From a virus (taxonomy: Duplodnaviria; Heunggongvirae; Uroviricota; Caudoviricetes), in IMG/VR virus record IMGVR_UViG_2565956708_000007: DNA of 64,000 nucleotides; one strand, 5' to 3'. This document shows positions 51,599-61,860 of this stretch, in pieces (the first letter of the stretch is position 1; every line of letters begins with the position of its first letter). The notes beneath the pieces are model-generated. The model did not search any database. It was not told the origin of the DNA and was given only the letters and a program-made list of their open reading frames with translations. The position numbers were made by a program, and so were the translations under genes.

Positions 51599-52636
51599 TT
51601 AACCTATTGCTACTGGTTTTAACAAACCAGCATCAAGTAGCTTGCGAGTTAACCACTGCTGGCCTTTACCCGTTAATTGGGGCGTCAGCCGTATCTGGTA
51701 GCCATTTTCATCATCCAGCACCACTTCTTTCACCGTGAAATACCCGGCGTTGATGTACTGTTGGCGCGGTACGTTTTTGCGCGCTCCAAAAGCCATGAGA
51801 ATGCCATTCTGGCGCAACCATGAGAAAAGGGCGTTTTGCTTAAGTCCAACGACCTTTGCAAAGTTCCCGATCAGGATTCCATTAGCCACTGATACCCGGT
51901 CGGCAAAATCGACTTTAGGGGCTGCGGCCACCAGCTGTTGTTCCAGCTGCATTTTCTGTTCTGCCAACTCGGCAGCCAGGCGTAGAGCTTCTGGTAATGT
52001 TTGGGGGATCGATGGGGCAGGGGAGTTTGCCTGCTGCAATTCTTCCAGTTTGTCGATCAGCGAACGGCGGACCGCTTTTGACTCGCGCGCGGCGACTCGC
52101 AGGGCTTGTTTGAAAGTCATGGTTATGACAAGCATTGATGTTTTGTTCATTTTTTCCACTACACTTTTTGTGTAGTGCTCACCATCAAGCTCATCGAGTA
52201 TTTTTTCGATGAATTTGTTGTTCCGAACCTCTGGTTCCCCACATAACTTACGCGCTTCATTGACCATCTTTAACAGTGTCAGGCTGTCGATTGTGTCTCC
52301 GGTGTTGGAGATAACATTCACTGCTGGTGATGGAGTAGCTGAAGCAACAGGTGCTGGTTTTTCAACATTCAAATTATTACCGGTCATTCTGCGCGCCTCC
52401 TTTCTCATTTCTGCTGCCACTGTTGCGTAACGTAGACGTCCTTGTTCAATCAAATAATCCCTGATCTCGGCTATCAGTAGCCTGTTGATCACAGCCTTAT
52501 CTGTTCGGGTATAAAAACGTCTGGTTATCATGAAATAGTTGGCAATTGCGCCGGGGATCTCCCGTGTCGGCATACAGGTTGTATGCAAAGCGATCGCTTC
52601 GGCTATTTCATTACGGGTGACGAGAGGTGTTTTCAT
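51599..52636 (-). CDS. ant1: Antirepressor Ant
   Basis: 345 aa, translationally coupled to icd; C-terminal ANT domain shared with KilA. Confidence 0.8.
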   Translation of the reverse strand: MKTPLVTRNEIAEAIALHTTCMPTREIPGAIANYFMITRRFYTRTDKAVINRLLIAEIRDYLIEQGRLRYATVAAEMRKEARRMTGNNLNVEKPAPVASATPSPAVNVISNTGDTIDSLTLLKMVNEARKLCGEPEVRNNKFIEKILDELDGEHYTKSVVEKMNKTSMLVITMTFKQALRVAARESKAVRRSLIDKLEELQQANSPAPSIPQTLPEALRLAAELAEQKMQLEQQLVAAAPKVDFADRVSVANGILIGNFAKVVGLKQNALFSWLRQNGILMAFGARKNVPRQQYINAGYFTVKEVVLDDENGYQIRLTPQLTGKGQQWLTRKLLDAGLLKPVAIG

Positions 52637-52854
52637 AAACCCCCCTGAACGTTGGCAGAGAAGGGGAGGCTCCAGTAACTAAGTGAATTGCGCGAGTCAG
52701 TTGAAAAACGGGCAGTAAAAATGCAGGGGCCATCAGGCAATTGAGAGCGTGCTTCGTCTTCAGTTGCTGCGATAACGAAGTGATAGTGGTGTTTTTTACA
52801 GGAATAGAAACGCCAGATGAATTCTGGGCGTGCGCAAGGATTGGCATTAACCAT
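52633..52854 (-). CDS. icd: Icd, cell-division inhibitor (73 aa)
   Basis: 73-aa ORF overlapping ant start; position between c4 region and ant. Confidence 0.75.
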   Translation of the reverse strand: MVNANPCARPEFIWRFYSCKKHHYHFVIAATEDEARSQLPDGPCIFTARFSTDSRNSLSYWSLPFSANVQGGL

Positions 52855-53009
52855 AGTTACGGCCTCACAATCAGGTTTAACAACCTGCTACCCGCTGCTA
52901 AACAGGTGGCAGGACGTGACGGGGTTAGCAGACTGGCGATTGTGAAACCAGCAGGCCGAAGCCTCCCCATCACGCCCCACCATAATTTGGGCGTAACGCG
53001 GTTTTACGG

Positions 53010-53120
53010 ACACAAAAATACCGCAATATCGGATATCTGCGGCTGTCCGCACAATCATTCAGGCTGCTAAACCCGGTCGCAGAATTTGCTACGACGGCGG
53101 AACTATAAGCCTGAACGATT
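53010..53120 (-). ncRNA. c4: c4 antisense repressor RNA region (boundaries approximate) with 3' terminator-like hairpin
   Basis: between operator 53169-53185 and icd; contains GGGUUUAGCAGCC complementary to a downstream leader element UCUGCUAACCCC and CGGCCU complementary to the icd RBS AGGCCG; hairpin plus U-run at 53010-53041. Confidence 0.45.
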
Positions 53121-53168
53121 AAAAGGTCAATATGATGCGAAAAGATAGCATTCGCGACTTAAAAATAC

Positions 53169-53185
53169 AAATCTATTAGAGCATT
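53169..53185 (-). promoter_or_regulatory. C1 operator-like site for the c4-icd-ant operon
   Basis: plus strand AAATCTATTAGAGCATT, 15/17. Confidence 0.7.
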
Positions 53186-53281
53186 ATCTGATTAGTAAAT
53201 GCACAACTGGATCTAATAACCTCTTTTTTTTAAAGGCGAAAATATGTACCCTAAATGAGTTATAAGGCAGGTGAGGTTATA

Positions 53282-53929
53282 ATGAGAAAACTATTACTAC
53301 CGTTATTATTTATGGCTGGGACTGTTAATGCAGCATCAAGCGTAAAGGAGATTTGTACCGATTATACGAAATACCTTGGGCACGTTTACGGCTTTGCTGT
53401 CAGTCAAGACGAATCCATGCGCAAGAAGTTACTGTCAGATATGAAACGCCTTAAACTTTCTGAAGCGATGGTGCAGCAAGAACTGTATAAAGTCGCAACC
53501 AACGAAAATGCTAAATATCAATATTCTCGCCTGTTAAATCCCGACGCAAACGAGATCAATCGAAGCTCTTTCGATTATATGGTAAAGGCATGCGAAACCG
53601 CTCCTGATTTTGCTATTCCTAGCTGGGGTGTGCTGGTGGCGAGCAATGCCGTTAATAAAGAAGACGTTGGAAGAAATGGCATTGATTCAATCAGAAACTC
53701 ACCGGGAATGCGCCATCAAAACGTTCAGGGTACGCTTGAAGAACGGGCCAGGGGGCCGGGTACAAACTCCCCAATGGGAAACCTCTCCCCGGAGGAATTG
53801 CAAGAGTATAACCAACGGATGGAGCAGTATGAGAAAGCTGCACGCGAAAAAATGGAACAACAAAAAAACGGATCTCTTAATACTTTCCAGCAAGGTTTAA
53901 AAGCGCTTAATTTACCCTATGAATGGTGA
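53282..53929 (+). CDS. Secreted protein with signal peptide, Sim-like (putative superinfection exclusion)
   Basis: signal peptide MRKLLLPLLFMAGTVNAAS; about 215 aa; shares GMR...VQGTLEERARG motif with Sit. Confidence 0.5.
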   Translation: MRKLLLPLLFMAGTVNAASSVKEICTDYTKYLGHVYGFAVSQDESMRKKLLSDMKRLKLSEAMVQQELYKVATNENAKYQYSRLLNPDANEINRSSFDYMVKACETAPDFAIPSWGVLVASNAVNKEDVGRNGIDSIRNSPGMRHQNVQGTLEERARGPGTNSPMGNLSPEELQEYNQRMEQYEKAAREKMEQQKNGSLNTFQQGLKALNLPYEW

Positions 53930-53980
53930 ATATATGGTGGTTAACTAATTAAAATATTAATATCCAAAGGAGATAAATTA

Positions 53981-54457
53981 ATGCGCATCAAACGATTTTT
54001 ACTAGTTATTGCTTTGCTTACTCCGTTTTCATCAATGGCAAATGTAAGCAAATGGTCAACCGGCGAGACTCACGGTGTTCGTTCTTATGCTGTTTCCAGC
54101 AAAGATAATTATACGCTTACATTTGAGTGCGATGTTGGATTTAATAATACGGATCCCAATCAAGTAGGAACACGACTACTCACTCTCATGAAAACAGAAC
54201 CTGGCGGTGAGTCATTTGAGGCTAAAAAAGAACAAATAACGCTGAAAGTTGGTGATGATGAATATCCTATCAGTTCTATCGGTTCCTCTGTGGGTGATAG
54301 TTACTGGTATGGTTTTTGGTCAGATACCCCTGATATGGAAGTTAAAACATTCGATGCATACGTAGACGGAAAAAAAATCGCAACATTTACGCTACGTAAG
54401 GCCGCAGAGCTTTTCAACGCGGCACCTGAAGATGGCTGCCTGAAGCGCGCAAAATGA
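53981..54457 (+). CDS. Secreted hypothetical protein with signal peptide (158 aa)
   Basis: MRIKRFLLVIALLTPFSSMA signal peptide. Confidence 0.5.
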   Translation: MRIKRFLLVIALLTPFSSMANVSKWSTGETHGVRSYAVSSKDNYTLTFECDVGFNNTDPNQVGTRLLTLMKTEPGGESFEAKKEQITLKVGDDEYPISSIGSSVGDSYWYGFWSDTPDMEVKTFDAYVDGKKIATFTLRKAAELFNAAPEDGCLKRAK

Positions 54458-54468
54458 CCTGTCACAAA

Positions 54469-54484
54469 TGACTACTCGTAGAAT
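54469..54484 (+). promoter_or_regulatory. Putative late promoter (TGACT-N5-TAGAAT) embedded in an 11-bp inverted repeat
   Basis: cacaaaTGACTactcgTAGAAT; IR CTCGTAGAATC / GATTCTACGAG 54475-54509. Confidence 0.45.
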
Positions 54485-54491
54485 CGGTTAA

Positions 54492-55082
<591 letters not shown>

Positions 55083-55092
55083 GGGGGCTGAT

Positions 55093-55704
55093 ATGGGGCT
55101 TAATGTTGCTTCAGTAAAGTCTTATGTATCTTCGGCATTAACGACGACATTATTTGGCTCCGGCGTTGGTGAGCGGGAAGTTGGTAAGCTGACGTCAATC
55201 ATCATGAACAAAATGCTGTTCGCGCAAGGATGGCAGTTCTCTGTCGAAGTTGATGGTCTGGAGGGGGCAGACTTCTTTGCTAAAGACATTACCTACCACG
55301 ATTACAGCATCGAATATGAAACGATTAAAATCGGCGGAGGGAATATCCTTCAGCCAACGGAGCGTTCGCCTGGGCAGATAACAATGATGGTCAGGGATAC
55401 CGTTGATGGCCTCGTTTTGGACTGGTTTAAGACGGCAAAAGGTCGGGTGATCAATCCGGACGGTACCGGGAATATACCGTCTAAATATTTGCTCAATGTG
55501 CGTATTTATCGGTTGCTGTCCTCCGGTTTAACCAAACTGGAAAATGAGATGACGGTATTCCCGGTCACTACCGGCGATGTCACCTATGCGCGGGATCAGG
55601 TTACGGAATTTAAGTCATTCCCAATGACCTTCGCATTGCACAGCACGTTTAACCAATCCTCAAGTTCTTTAGCTTCCCTTCTGGGCTTTAGTTTTTCTCT
55701 TTGA
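55093..55704 (+). CDS. Hypothetical tail-module protein (203 aa)
   Basis: ORF. Confidence 0.5.
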   Translation: MGLNVASVKSYVSSALTTTLFGSGVGEREVGKLTSIIMNKMLFAQGWQFSVEVDGLEGADFFAKDITYHDYSIEYETIKIGGGNILQPTERSPGQITMMVRDTVDGLVLDWFKTAKGRVINPDGTGNIPSKYLLNVRIYRLLSSGLTKLENEMTVFPVTTGDVTYARDQVTEFKSFPMTFALHSTFNQSSSSLASLLGFSFSL

Positions 55705-55718
55705 ATTAAGGAGCAAGG

Positions 55719-56600
55719 ATGCTTTTACCTCTTTTCCCGCTACCATCGCGGCCAACTGAATTGATCCAGTTCCGTCAGCCAAATATTGCTGATGCGATGC
55801 GTTTCAACTCGATAACACCGGAGGAACAAGAACAACAGACAACGGCGTATTTAAAAGCCTTGCTGGCTGAACCCGCGAAATATGATCCCCTGACATGGAC
55901 GGCGCAGGACCGGATTACCGCGTTATGGTGGATATTTACTGGCTCCCGTGAAACACCGGTCGAGACATTCACCTACACCTGTAAACATTGCGGTAAAGAG
56001 CATTATTACGATTGCGATATGAATGCTCTGGCTGAAGATATCCAGGTCCTGGAAGTGGAACCGTTCATTGACGATATTGAGGTGTCTGTAGAGGGCGTGC
56101 CTTATCAATGGCGTATCGTGCCGCTTGATGGTTGGGCAATGGAAATGCTGGAGATGCGCCGTGCAGCATTGCCACCTGAAGACGACGCGGAATTCAAAGA
56201 AGCGATCGTTGATTTGCGTTTTTGGGAATTCGCTTATCAGGGTGAACTTTATAACGATGTTAGCGGTACTCGTGAAGAGCAGGCTGAGCGTCGTTATGAA
56301 ACGATCAAACGGATGGCCATTGATACTGAATTTATGAAGCTGGCGGCACACATCCGGCTGGCTCATGAAAAGCTCGAACATGGTTTACCGTGCTACATCG
56401 ATAAAGGCGAAATGCGTCTTCGTCTCCCGCCGCACAAATGCCCAAACCAGGATACAAAGGAGTCCACAGAGGGTGCGTATACCCGTCTGTGGGTGCCCTT
56501 TCGGGCTACCGACTTCATTCCACAGGTGGGGATTGAAAAGCTATCAGACCTTAGTGTCCAACCTGGTTTTGTATGGGGGTATACCGATTCAGGACGCTGA
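55719..56600 (+). CDS. Hypothetical tail-module protein (293 aa)
   Basis: ORF. Confidence 0.5.
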   Translation: MLLPLFPLPSRPTELIQFRQPNIADAMRFNSITPEEQEQQTTAYLKALLAEPAKYDPLTWTAQDRITALWWIFTGSRETPVETFTYTCKHCGKEHYYDCDMNALAEDIQVLEVEPFIDDIEVSVEGVPYQWRIVPLDGWAMEMLEMRRAALPPEDDAEFKEAIVDLRFWEFAYQGELYNDVSGTREEQAERRYETIKRMAIDTEFMKLAAHIRLAHEKLEHGLPCYIDKGEMRLRLPPHKCPNQDTKESTEGAYTRLWVPFRATDFIPQVGIEKLSDLSVQPGFVWGYTDSGR

Positions 56601-56681
56601 AAGGCTCACTGAATCCTATGCGTTTTTCCTTTTGGAGAAACTGGAAGAAAAACTTAAACCGAAGCGGTAGGCGATAAGATC

Positions 56682-59600
56682 ATGGAAAGAAAAAACGCCA
56701 ACATTGACGATGTGATAAGGACGGTTGAAACCGCCAGCGCAAAAGAGCTGGAAGAGCTTGCAGGTATTCGGGAAGCCGTTGAAGATTTGAAAGGTGGGCG
56801 AGTTGCTACAGTTGATCCTGTCTCTCGCAGTGTGTCGGCATTAAATCGCACAATCGAAAATTCCCGGCCAGACTTTGTGGCCAATGCGCCATCAGTGGAC
56901 CCTATTGTTGAGGCAATGAAACGGCTTAATTTAGGGGACGTTTCTCGTGTAGTTCAGGAGGATGTTGCTCTACAGGAACCGCAGGCCAAATCAACTACGC
57001 GAAAGGGTAAAAAACGACGCAAGAAGGCTATAACAGAAGATGTAAAGGCGCAACGGACCGAAGCAGCCGAACACGCTCGCGAAATGTTCGGTCAAAAAGG
57101 CGGTGCGCAAAAAAGCCAAAACCAACGCGATGCGCGTGGTCGTTTTATTGGAAAGTCAGGGAGTAAGGCCGCAGCGGAAGATGCCCGTGCTGAACGTGCT
57201 GAAAAGGCCAGGCGCAAAGAGGATGATGAGCGTCTAAATGCTGAATCAGGTTTATTAAAAAAACTGTCAAAAGTAGCTGAAGGCATAGGTAACCCTTCAG
57301 AGACTCGTGCCGTCGATGCGTTAGGTTATGCCGTTGCTGGTCCATTGTGGGCAGCAGGGAAGGAGCTTGGCGGGATATCAAAAGAAGTTGGTGGATCGCT
57401 TAATGGTGCCAGAAAGTCTATTGCCGATGTGATTCGTGGCAATGACGATAACAGCCGTAGAAAAGGTTTTTTTAGGCGTAAATCGCAAAATAGTGCCGAT
57501 GTCGTTCAGGTTAACACCCAAAAACGGACGGTTCAGGAACTTCAGGAGCAGACCAGCGAAATTAAAGAGGGCAATGACAAGATTCTCCGCGCCCTTGATC
57601 AGATAGCCAAAAACACCGGGAAAAAGAAGGGCGGCTTGCTGTCCAAACTATTTAGCCTGTTAGGGAAGGGGGCCGGTGGCGTCGCGTCGTTGTTAATGGG
57701 GCGTGGCATGCTGAAAAAAGCTGGAGCACTCGCTTTTGGCGCTCTGGGGGCAAAGAAACTTGTAGGAATGCTACGCGGTGGTGGCAAGAAGACTCTCGCC
57801 CATGAAGGCGGAGATTTGGCTGCCCGGGCAGCAGGTAAACTTGGATTAAAGGCAGTTGGTAAAGGGGCGTTACGCGCAATTCCCCTAGTCGGCACAGTGG
57901 CTGGAGGTATTTATGATGCGGTAACCGGTTGGAATGATACAGAAGCGCAACGTCGAGCGTTTGGGCTTAAATCAGGACAAGATCCATCATTCCAGCAAAA
58001 AGCCGCTTATACGTTAGCCAATGTTCTTGATTTGGGGGGACTGGTATCTGGTATTAGCAGTGCTATTGGTGATGTTCTCAAATCACTTGGATTTGAGGAT
58101 ATCGGCAATATGTTGCAATCATTTTCGACGGAAAGTATTGCCCAGGCCATTGATAGCGGGGTTACCAACTTAGAAACATATATTTCTAACCTTGGCGACA
58201 CCATTTCTACCAAGTTCGATGATTACACAGCAAAGATTGGTGATGCTGTTTCAGCATGGTTTAGCGATACATCTAATAAGTTGCTTGAAAAGCTGGATGC
58301 CATAAAAGACTTCTTTACTGTCGATAACCTGAAACAGGTTTTCAGTGATGCAATTGATAGTGCAATTGACTTCATTAAGAACCCAGGGAAACACATTAAA
58401 GAGGCGGCTGGTAATATTTGGGATGGGGTTAAAAATTTACCCGGTAAAGCATTAGATGCAGCGGTTGATGCCGTTAAAAATACCCCTGCGGCAATGATTG
58501 TATCAAAAATACCCAATCCGATCGGCGAGGCTAATGCAAAAGAAATCACTCCAGAGTTAAAAGCTCCGGTTAATAGCCACCAGGAGACATCTGATTCTAA
58601 AACTGAATCCGATGCTAAACAGACTAATATTGCTACCCGCGTGATAAATGCGGCACTGGACACGGCGAAAGATAGCAATAAAACAGTTAAAGAAACTGCC
58701 AATCAGATTATCAATGCAAATGCCGTAGAAACGGGCAATAGCGCGGTGCGGAAAATTGATTCAGCTATTGGACAAAATAGCTCGTCATCATCGTCGCGTA
58801 ATACCACCGGCACTGGGAATGACATTCAGAAAGCTGCTGATACCTACAATAATGGCAACTTAGATGTAAAAGTCGGAAGCCTTGGCGCTGAAGGTAAGGC
58901 AAATCTCGATAAGTTAGCTCCGTATTTTGCTGAACTAGAGAATAAATATGGTCTTCCTGAAGGCACTCTTTACGCGATTGCTGCAACTGAATCTGGTGGT
59001 AATCCATACGCAAAATCCCAAACTGGTGCTCTAGGAATGTTTCAGTTCACGGGCATTGCTCGTGAAGAGACTGGCTTAGCTGAAGGTGAATCGTTTGATC
59101 CTGTGAAATCGGCAGAAGCTGCGGCTCTTCTCATGAGCAAGTATCTGAAGCAAGCCAATGGAGACTTAAACGAGGCCATCACTGCATATAACGCTGGGTT
59201 TGGCACTATTAATAAGTGGAAAAAAGGCACCGGTGACTTATCGAAGGAAAACCGTGAGTACGCGATCAAGGTCAATACTCATCGTGCTCGCTATTTAGGT
59301 GGTGAAATCTATACACCTGGGGCAGGAGCACAGGGTGGGGCGCAATATGGAGTGAGGGGACAACTGCCTGATAACGCCGTTATCGATCAGTCTACTGGTC
59401 TGGCGTTTACCCCTGGTGATAGCCCGTTTGAGAAAGGCGGTCTGGTAGACAAAATCGGCAATGCTGTTGGCGTTAACGATCTGGTCAACAAATTCATGAA
59501 TGGCCGGGGTATGCGTCGGGAAGTCGTTCAGGGAACGCTCGAAGAACGTGCACGAGGGAAGGGGACCGCAACAGCAGCTGGCAATGTGTATGTTGATACT

Positions 59601-60074
59601 CCGATGCCAGTTGAAGAGGCGCGTCCGGTGGCCAGCAACTCAAGTTACTTTGACCAACTCGGCGCACAAATGGGGATTGATGGACTATTCGATAAACTCC
59701 GCAACTCGCCGGGGATGCGGAAAAATAATGCGCTTGAACCAGCCTCCACGTCCCAGGTGACGACTGCCGCCAACGATTTGCAGCAACCAACCGGTCGTAT
59801 GCAGATAGACGGACAGGTTATTAGTGACCTTGGCGGCTCCGGTGCCAAGCCGACAATGCAGTTGGCTGATAATACCGTTTCACTTGATGGTGAAACGAAG
59901 CGGCTGTTTGCGCAGATGACCTCATTGCTTGCCAGGATTGAAGAGCACACCAAAGACTCGGCGAAAGGCCAGGGAACTGTCGTAAAGGTCAGCACGCCTC
60001 AGCCGGGCGTTATGCGCACGGTACCACTGTCAATTGATGATCCGTTGATGAATGACTACGCGAGAGTTGATTGA
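56682..60074 (+). CDS. sit: Sit-like protein: tape-measure-like protein with lytic transglycosylase (SLT) domain
   Basis: 1130 aa; Gly/Lys-rich repeats; SLT motifs ATESGGN, GALGMFQF, AYNAGFG near residues 750-830. Confidence 0.8.
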   Translation: MERKNANIDDVIRTVETASAKELEELAGIREAVEDLKGGRVATVDPVSRSVSALNRTIENSRPDFVANAPSVDPIVEAMKRLNLGDVSRVVQEDVALQEPQAKSTTRKGKKRRKKAITEDVKAQRTEAAEHAREMFGQKGGAQKSQNQRDARGRFIGKSGSKAAAEDARAERAEKARRKEDDERLNAESGLLKKLSKVAEGIGNPSETRAVDALGYAVAGPLWAAGKELGGISKEVGGSLNGARKSIADVIRGNDDNSRRKGFFRRKSQNSADVVQVNTQKRTVQELQEQTSEIKEGNDKILRALDQIAKNTGKKKGGLLSKLFSLLGKGAGGVASLLMGRGMLKKAGALAFGALGAKKLVGMLRGGGKKTLAHEGGDLAARAAGKLGLKAVGKGALRAIPLVGTVAGGIYDAVTGWNDTEAQRRAFGLKSGQDPSFQQKAAYTLANVLDLGGLVSGISSAIGDVLKSLGFEDIGNMLQSFSTESIAQAIDSGVTNLETYISNLGDTISTKFDDYTAKIGDAVSAWFSDTSNKLLEKLDAIKDFFTVDNLKQVFSDAIDSAIDFIKNPGKHIKEAAGNIWDGVKNLPGKALDAAVDAVKNTPAAMIVSKIPNPIGEANAKEITPELKAPVNSHQETSDSKTESDAKQTNIATRVINAALDTAKDSNKTVKETANQIINANAVETGNSAVRKIDSAIGQNSSSSSSRNTTGTGNDIQKAADTYNNGNLDVKVGSLGAEGKANLDKLAPYFAELENKYGLPEGTLYAIAATESGGNPYAKSQTGALGMFQFTGIAREETGLAEGESFDPVKSAEAAALLMSKYLKQANGDLNEAITAYNAGFGTINKWKKGTGDLSKENREYAIKVNTHRARYLGGEIYTPGAGAQGGAQYGVRGQLPDNAVIDQSTGLAFTPGDSPFEKGGLVDKIGNAVGVNDLVNKFMNGRGMRREVVQGTLEERARGKGTATAAGNVYVDTPMPVEEARPVASNSSYFDQLGAQMGIDGLFDKLRNSPGMRKNNALEPASTSQVTTAANDLQQPTGRMQIDGQVISDLGGSGAKPTMQLADNTVSLDGETKRLFAQMTSLLARIEEHTKDSAKGQGTVVKVSTPQPGVMRTVPLSIDDPLMNDYARVD

Positions 60075-60430
60075 TGGCCAACAATAACGAAATTGATCCT
60101 TTGCTGACGCTGGAGTTATCCGGCGTAAAAACGTATGAGTCCCAGGAGGAGGCCTGGGGCGCTCGTTTATATGAGTGGCTAAACACTTATCAGGGTGAGG
60201 TATACGGGGATCCGTCATGGGGCAATGTTTTACCGCAGTTTAAACACGAACCGACCAACTTGTCGCATGTTCAAATTGCGGTTGAGGCAATGCTGTTGCA
60301 AAAACTGACGGTAGATTTACCTGACATACCGATTTCTGGCTTGTCAGTAGCCGAGGGAGATGCTTTTGATAAGTTGAAAATATCCATTCGTATCAGGGAT
60401 ATAACTATCACACAGGACGTGGTGCTATGA
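60071..60430 (+). CDS. Hypothetical baseplate/tail protein (119 aa)
   Basis: ORF overlapping sit stop and next start. Confidence 0.5.
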   Translation: MMANNNEIDPLLTLELSGVKTYESQEEAWGARLYEWLNTYQGEVYGDPSWGNVLPQFKHEPTNLSHVQIAVEAMLLQKLTVDLPDIPISGLSVAEGDAFDKLKISIRIRDITITQDVVL

Positions 60431-61860
60431 GTAAAACAACACCGACTAAAGACAGTATTCGTGCAGAGTTTGAAGAGCTTGTCGAGAAAGATTCATTCTG
60501 GTCGAAGTTTGTCGGCTCTCAATTTGTCTCGATGCTGACATTGTTTATTACCCAGATTGTCTACAGGTGCTTTCAGTATGCCGATGCGGCGCTGGCTGAA
60601 GGCTTTATATCGACCGCGACGCGGCGTTCCTCTATCCTGGCAGCGGCAGAAACGAATAGTTACGTTGGTACCAAGCCAACACCGTCATCGGGGATGATTG
60701 AGATCACCGCCACAAGTGAAGATGCCCCAGCGGTAATTCCCAAAAACATGCCTTTAATATCTGACGACCAGTACCCTTACATGACTATGGATGTATGCAG
60801 GTTGGTTGACGGCACCGGTACGGTAGAAGTGGCACAGTTGGAAATCCAGGAGGTGACATATACCGTTACGGCTGCCAAAGAATTTCTGGAAGTCGTGTTA
60901 TCAAAGGCTCTCACTGCTGTCTGCTATAAGCTGGAAGTATTCGTGACGACCGATGGTAAGACCACGCAGTGGTCTTCCAGCACAATGTTCCGGTTAGCTG
61001 GTAGTAAAAGCCAGGTCTACGTTGAGTTTTATAAACCATCCGAACAGTTGGGTGTCCGATTCGGCGATGGGCTAATTGGGCAAATACCGCCAGAAGGCTC
61101 GACAATTACGCTTAAGGTATGGTGCACCAACGGCGATATAACCCTGGTTGCTGGCCAAAACCTGACTCCTGTTGATTCTGCGGCTAATTTAGCTAATTTG
61201 ATTTCAGTTAAGACAACGACACCTATAACCGCAGGTACCGATGCTGAAACAACGGAGATCACACGTAACCGTGCACAATATTACCTTGCCTATGATGATC
61301 AGGTCGTATGGGGCGGGGACTATACGTATTTTCTGGTGCGTAACATCCCGGGACTGTCCTGGGTAAAGGCATGGGGCGAAGGCCAGCAAGAGAAATTAGA
61401 TGGTGCTTATAATGTTCGGAATATCAATAAGATATTTATTTCAGGATGGCATCCAAACAAAAGCCAGTCAGAGCTTGAAGAAATGATCCTGGCCGCCTTT
61501 AAGAAGGTGCCGAATGAGTTGAACAAGAAATTCTCGTATAAAGAGGTCAGAAAACTACCCTTTAAGATCACCATCACTGGGCGGATATCGGCAAGCCTGA
61601 CCATTGAGAACGTGACTGATGAGCTGAAGTCGGCACTGGAAACAAAATTTGGGCGTGACTCAACTTTCTTTGATCCGAACCGTGTCGGCAAGTACATCCT
61701 AATCAAGAAAAAAGACGTTTGGGCATTTATCGAAACGCTGGGTTATTTCCGCGACTTTTATCTGGAATTTGTCGAGTGGAATGAGTCCAACGGCTTTTAC
61801 GATTTCGTTTATCTGGATACAGAAAACTCCACCTTTAATATTTCGTATGAGGAGGAGTGA
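60427..61860 (+). CDS. Hypothetical baseplate protein (477 aa)
   Basis: ORF in tail block. Confidence 0.5.
   Translation: MSKTTPTKDSIRAEFEELVEKDSFWSKFVGSQFVSMLTLFITQIVYRCFQYADAALAEGFISTATRRSSILAAAETNSYVGTKPTPSSGMIEITATSEDAPAVIPKNMPLISDDQYPYMTMDVCRLVDGTGTVEVAQLEIQEVTYTVTAAKEFLEVVLSKALTAVCYKLEVFVTTDGKTTQWSSSTMFRLAGSKSQVYVEFYKPSEQLGVRFGDGLIGQIPPEGSTITLKVWCTNGDITLVAGQNLTPVDSAANLANLISVKTTTPITAGTDAETTEITRNRAQYYLAYDDQVVWGGDYTYFLVRNIPGLSWVKAWGEGQQEKLDGAYNVRNINKIFISGWHPNKSQSELEEMILAAFKKVPNELNKKFSYKEVRKLPFKITITGRISASLTIENVTDELKSALETKFGRDSTFFDPNRVGKYILIKKKDVWAFIETLGYFRDFYLEFVEWNESNGFYDFVYLDTENSTFNISYEEE

Noticed and set aside
57092-58702. Several minus-strand ORFs inside sit
   Set aside because: Embedded antisense in a 1130-aa gene with clear SLT motifs; composition-driven
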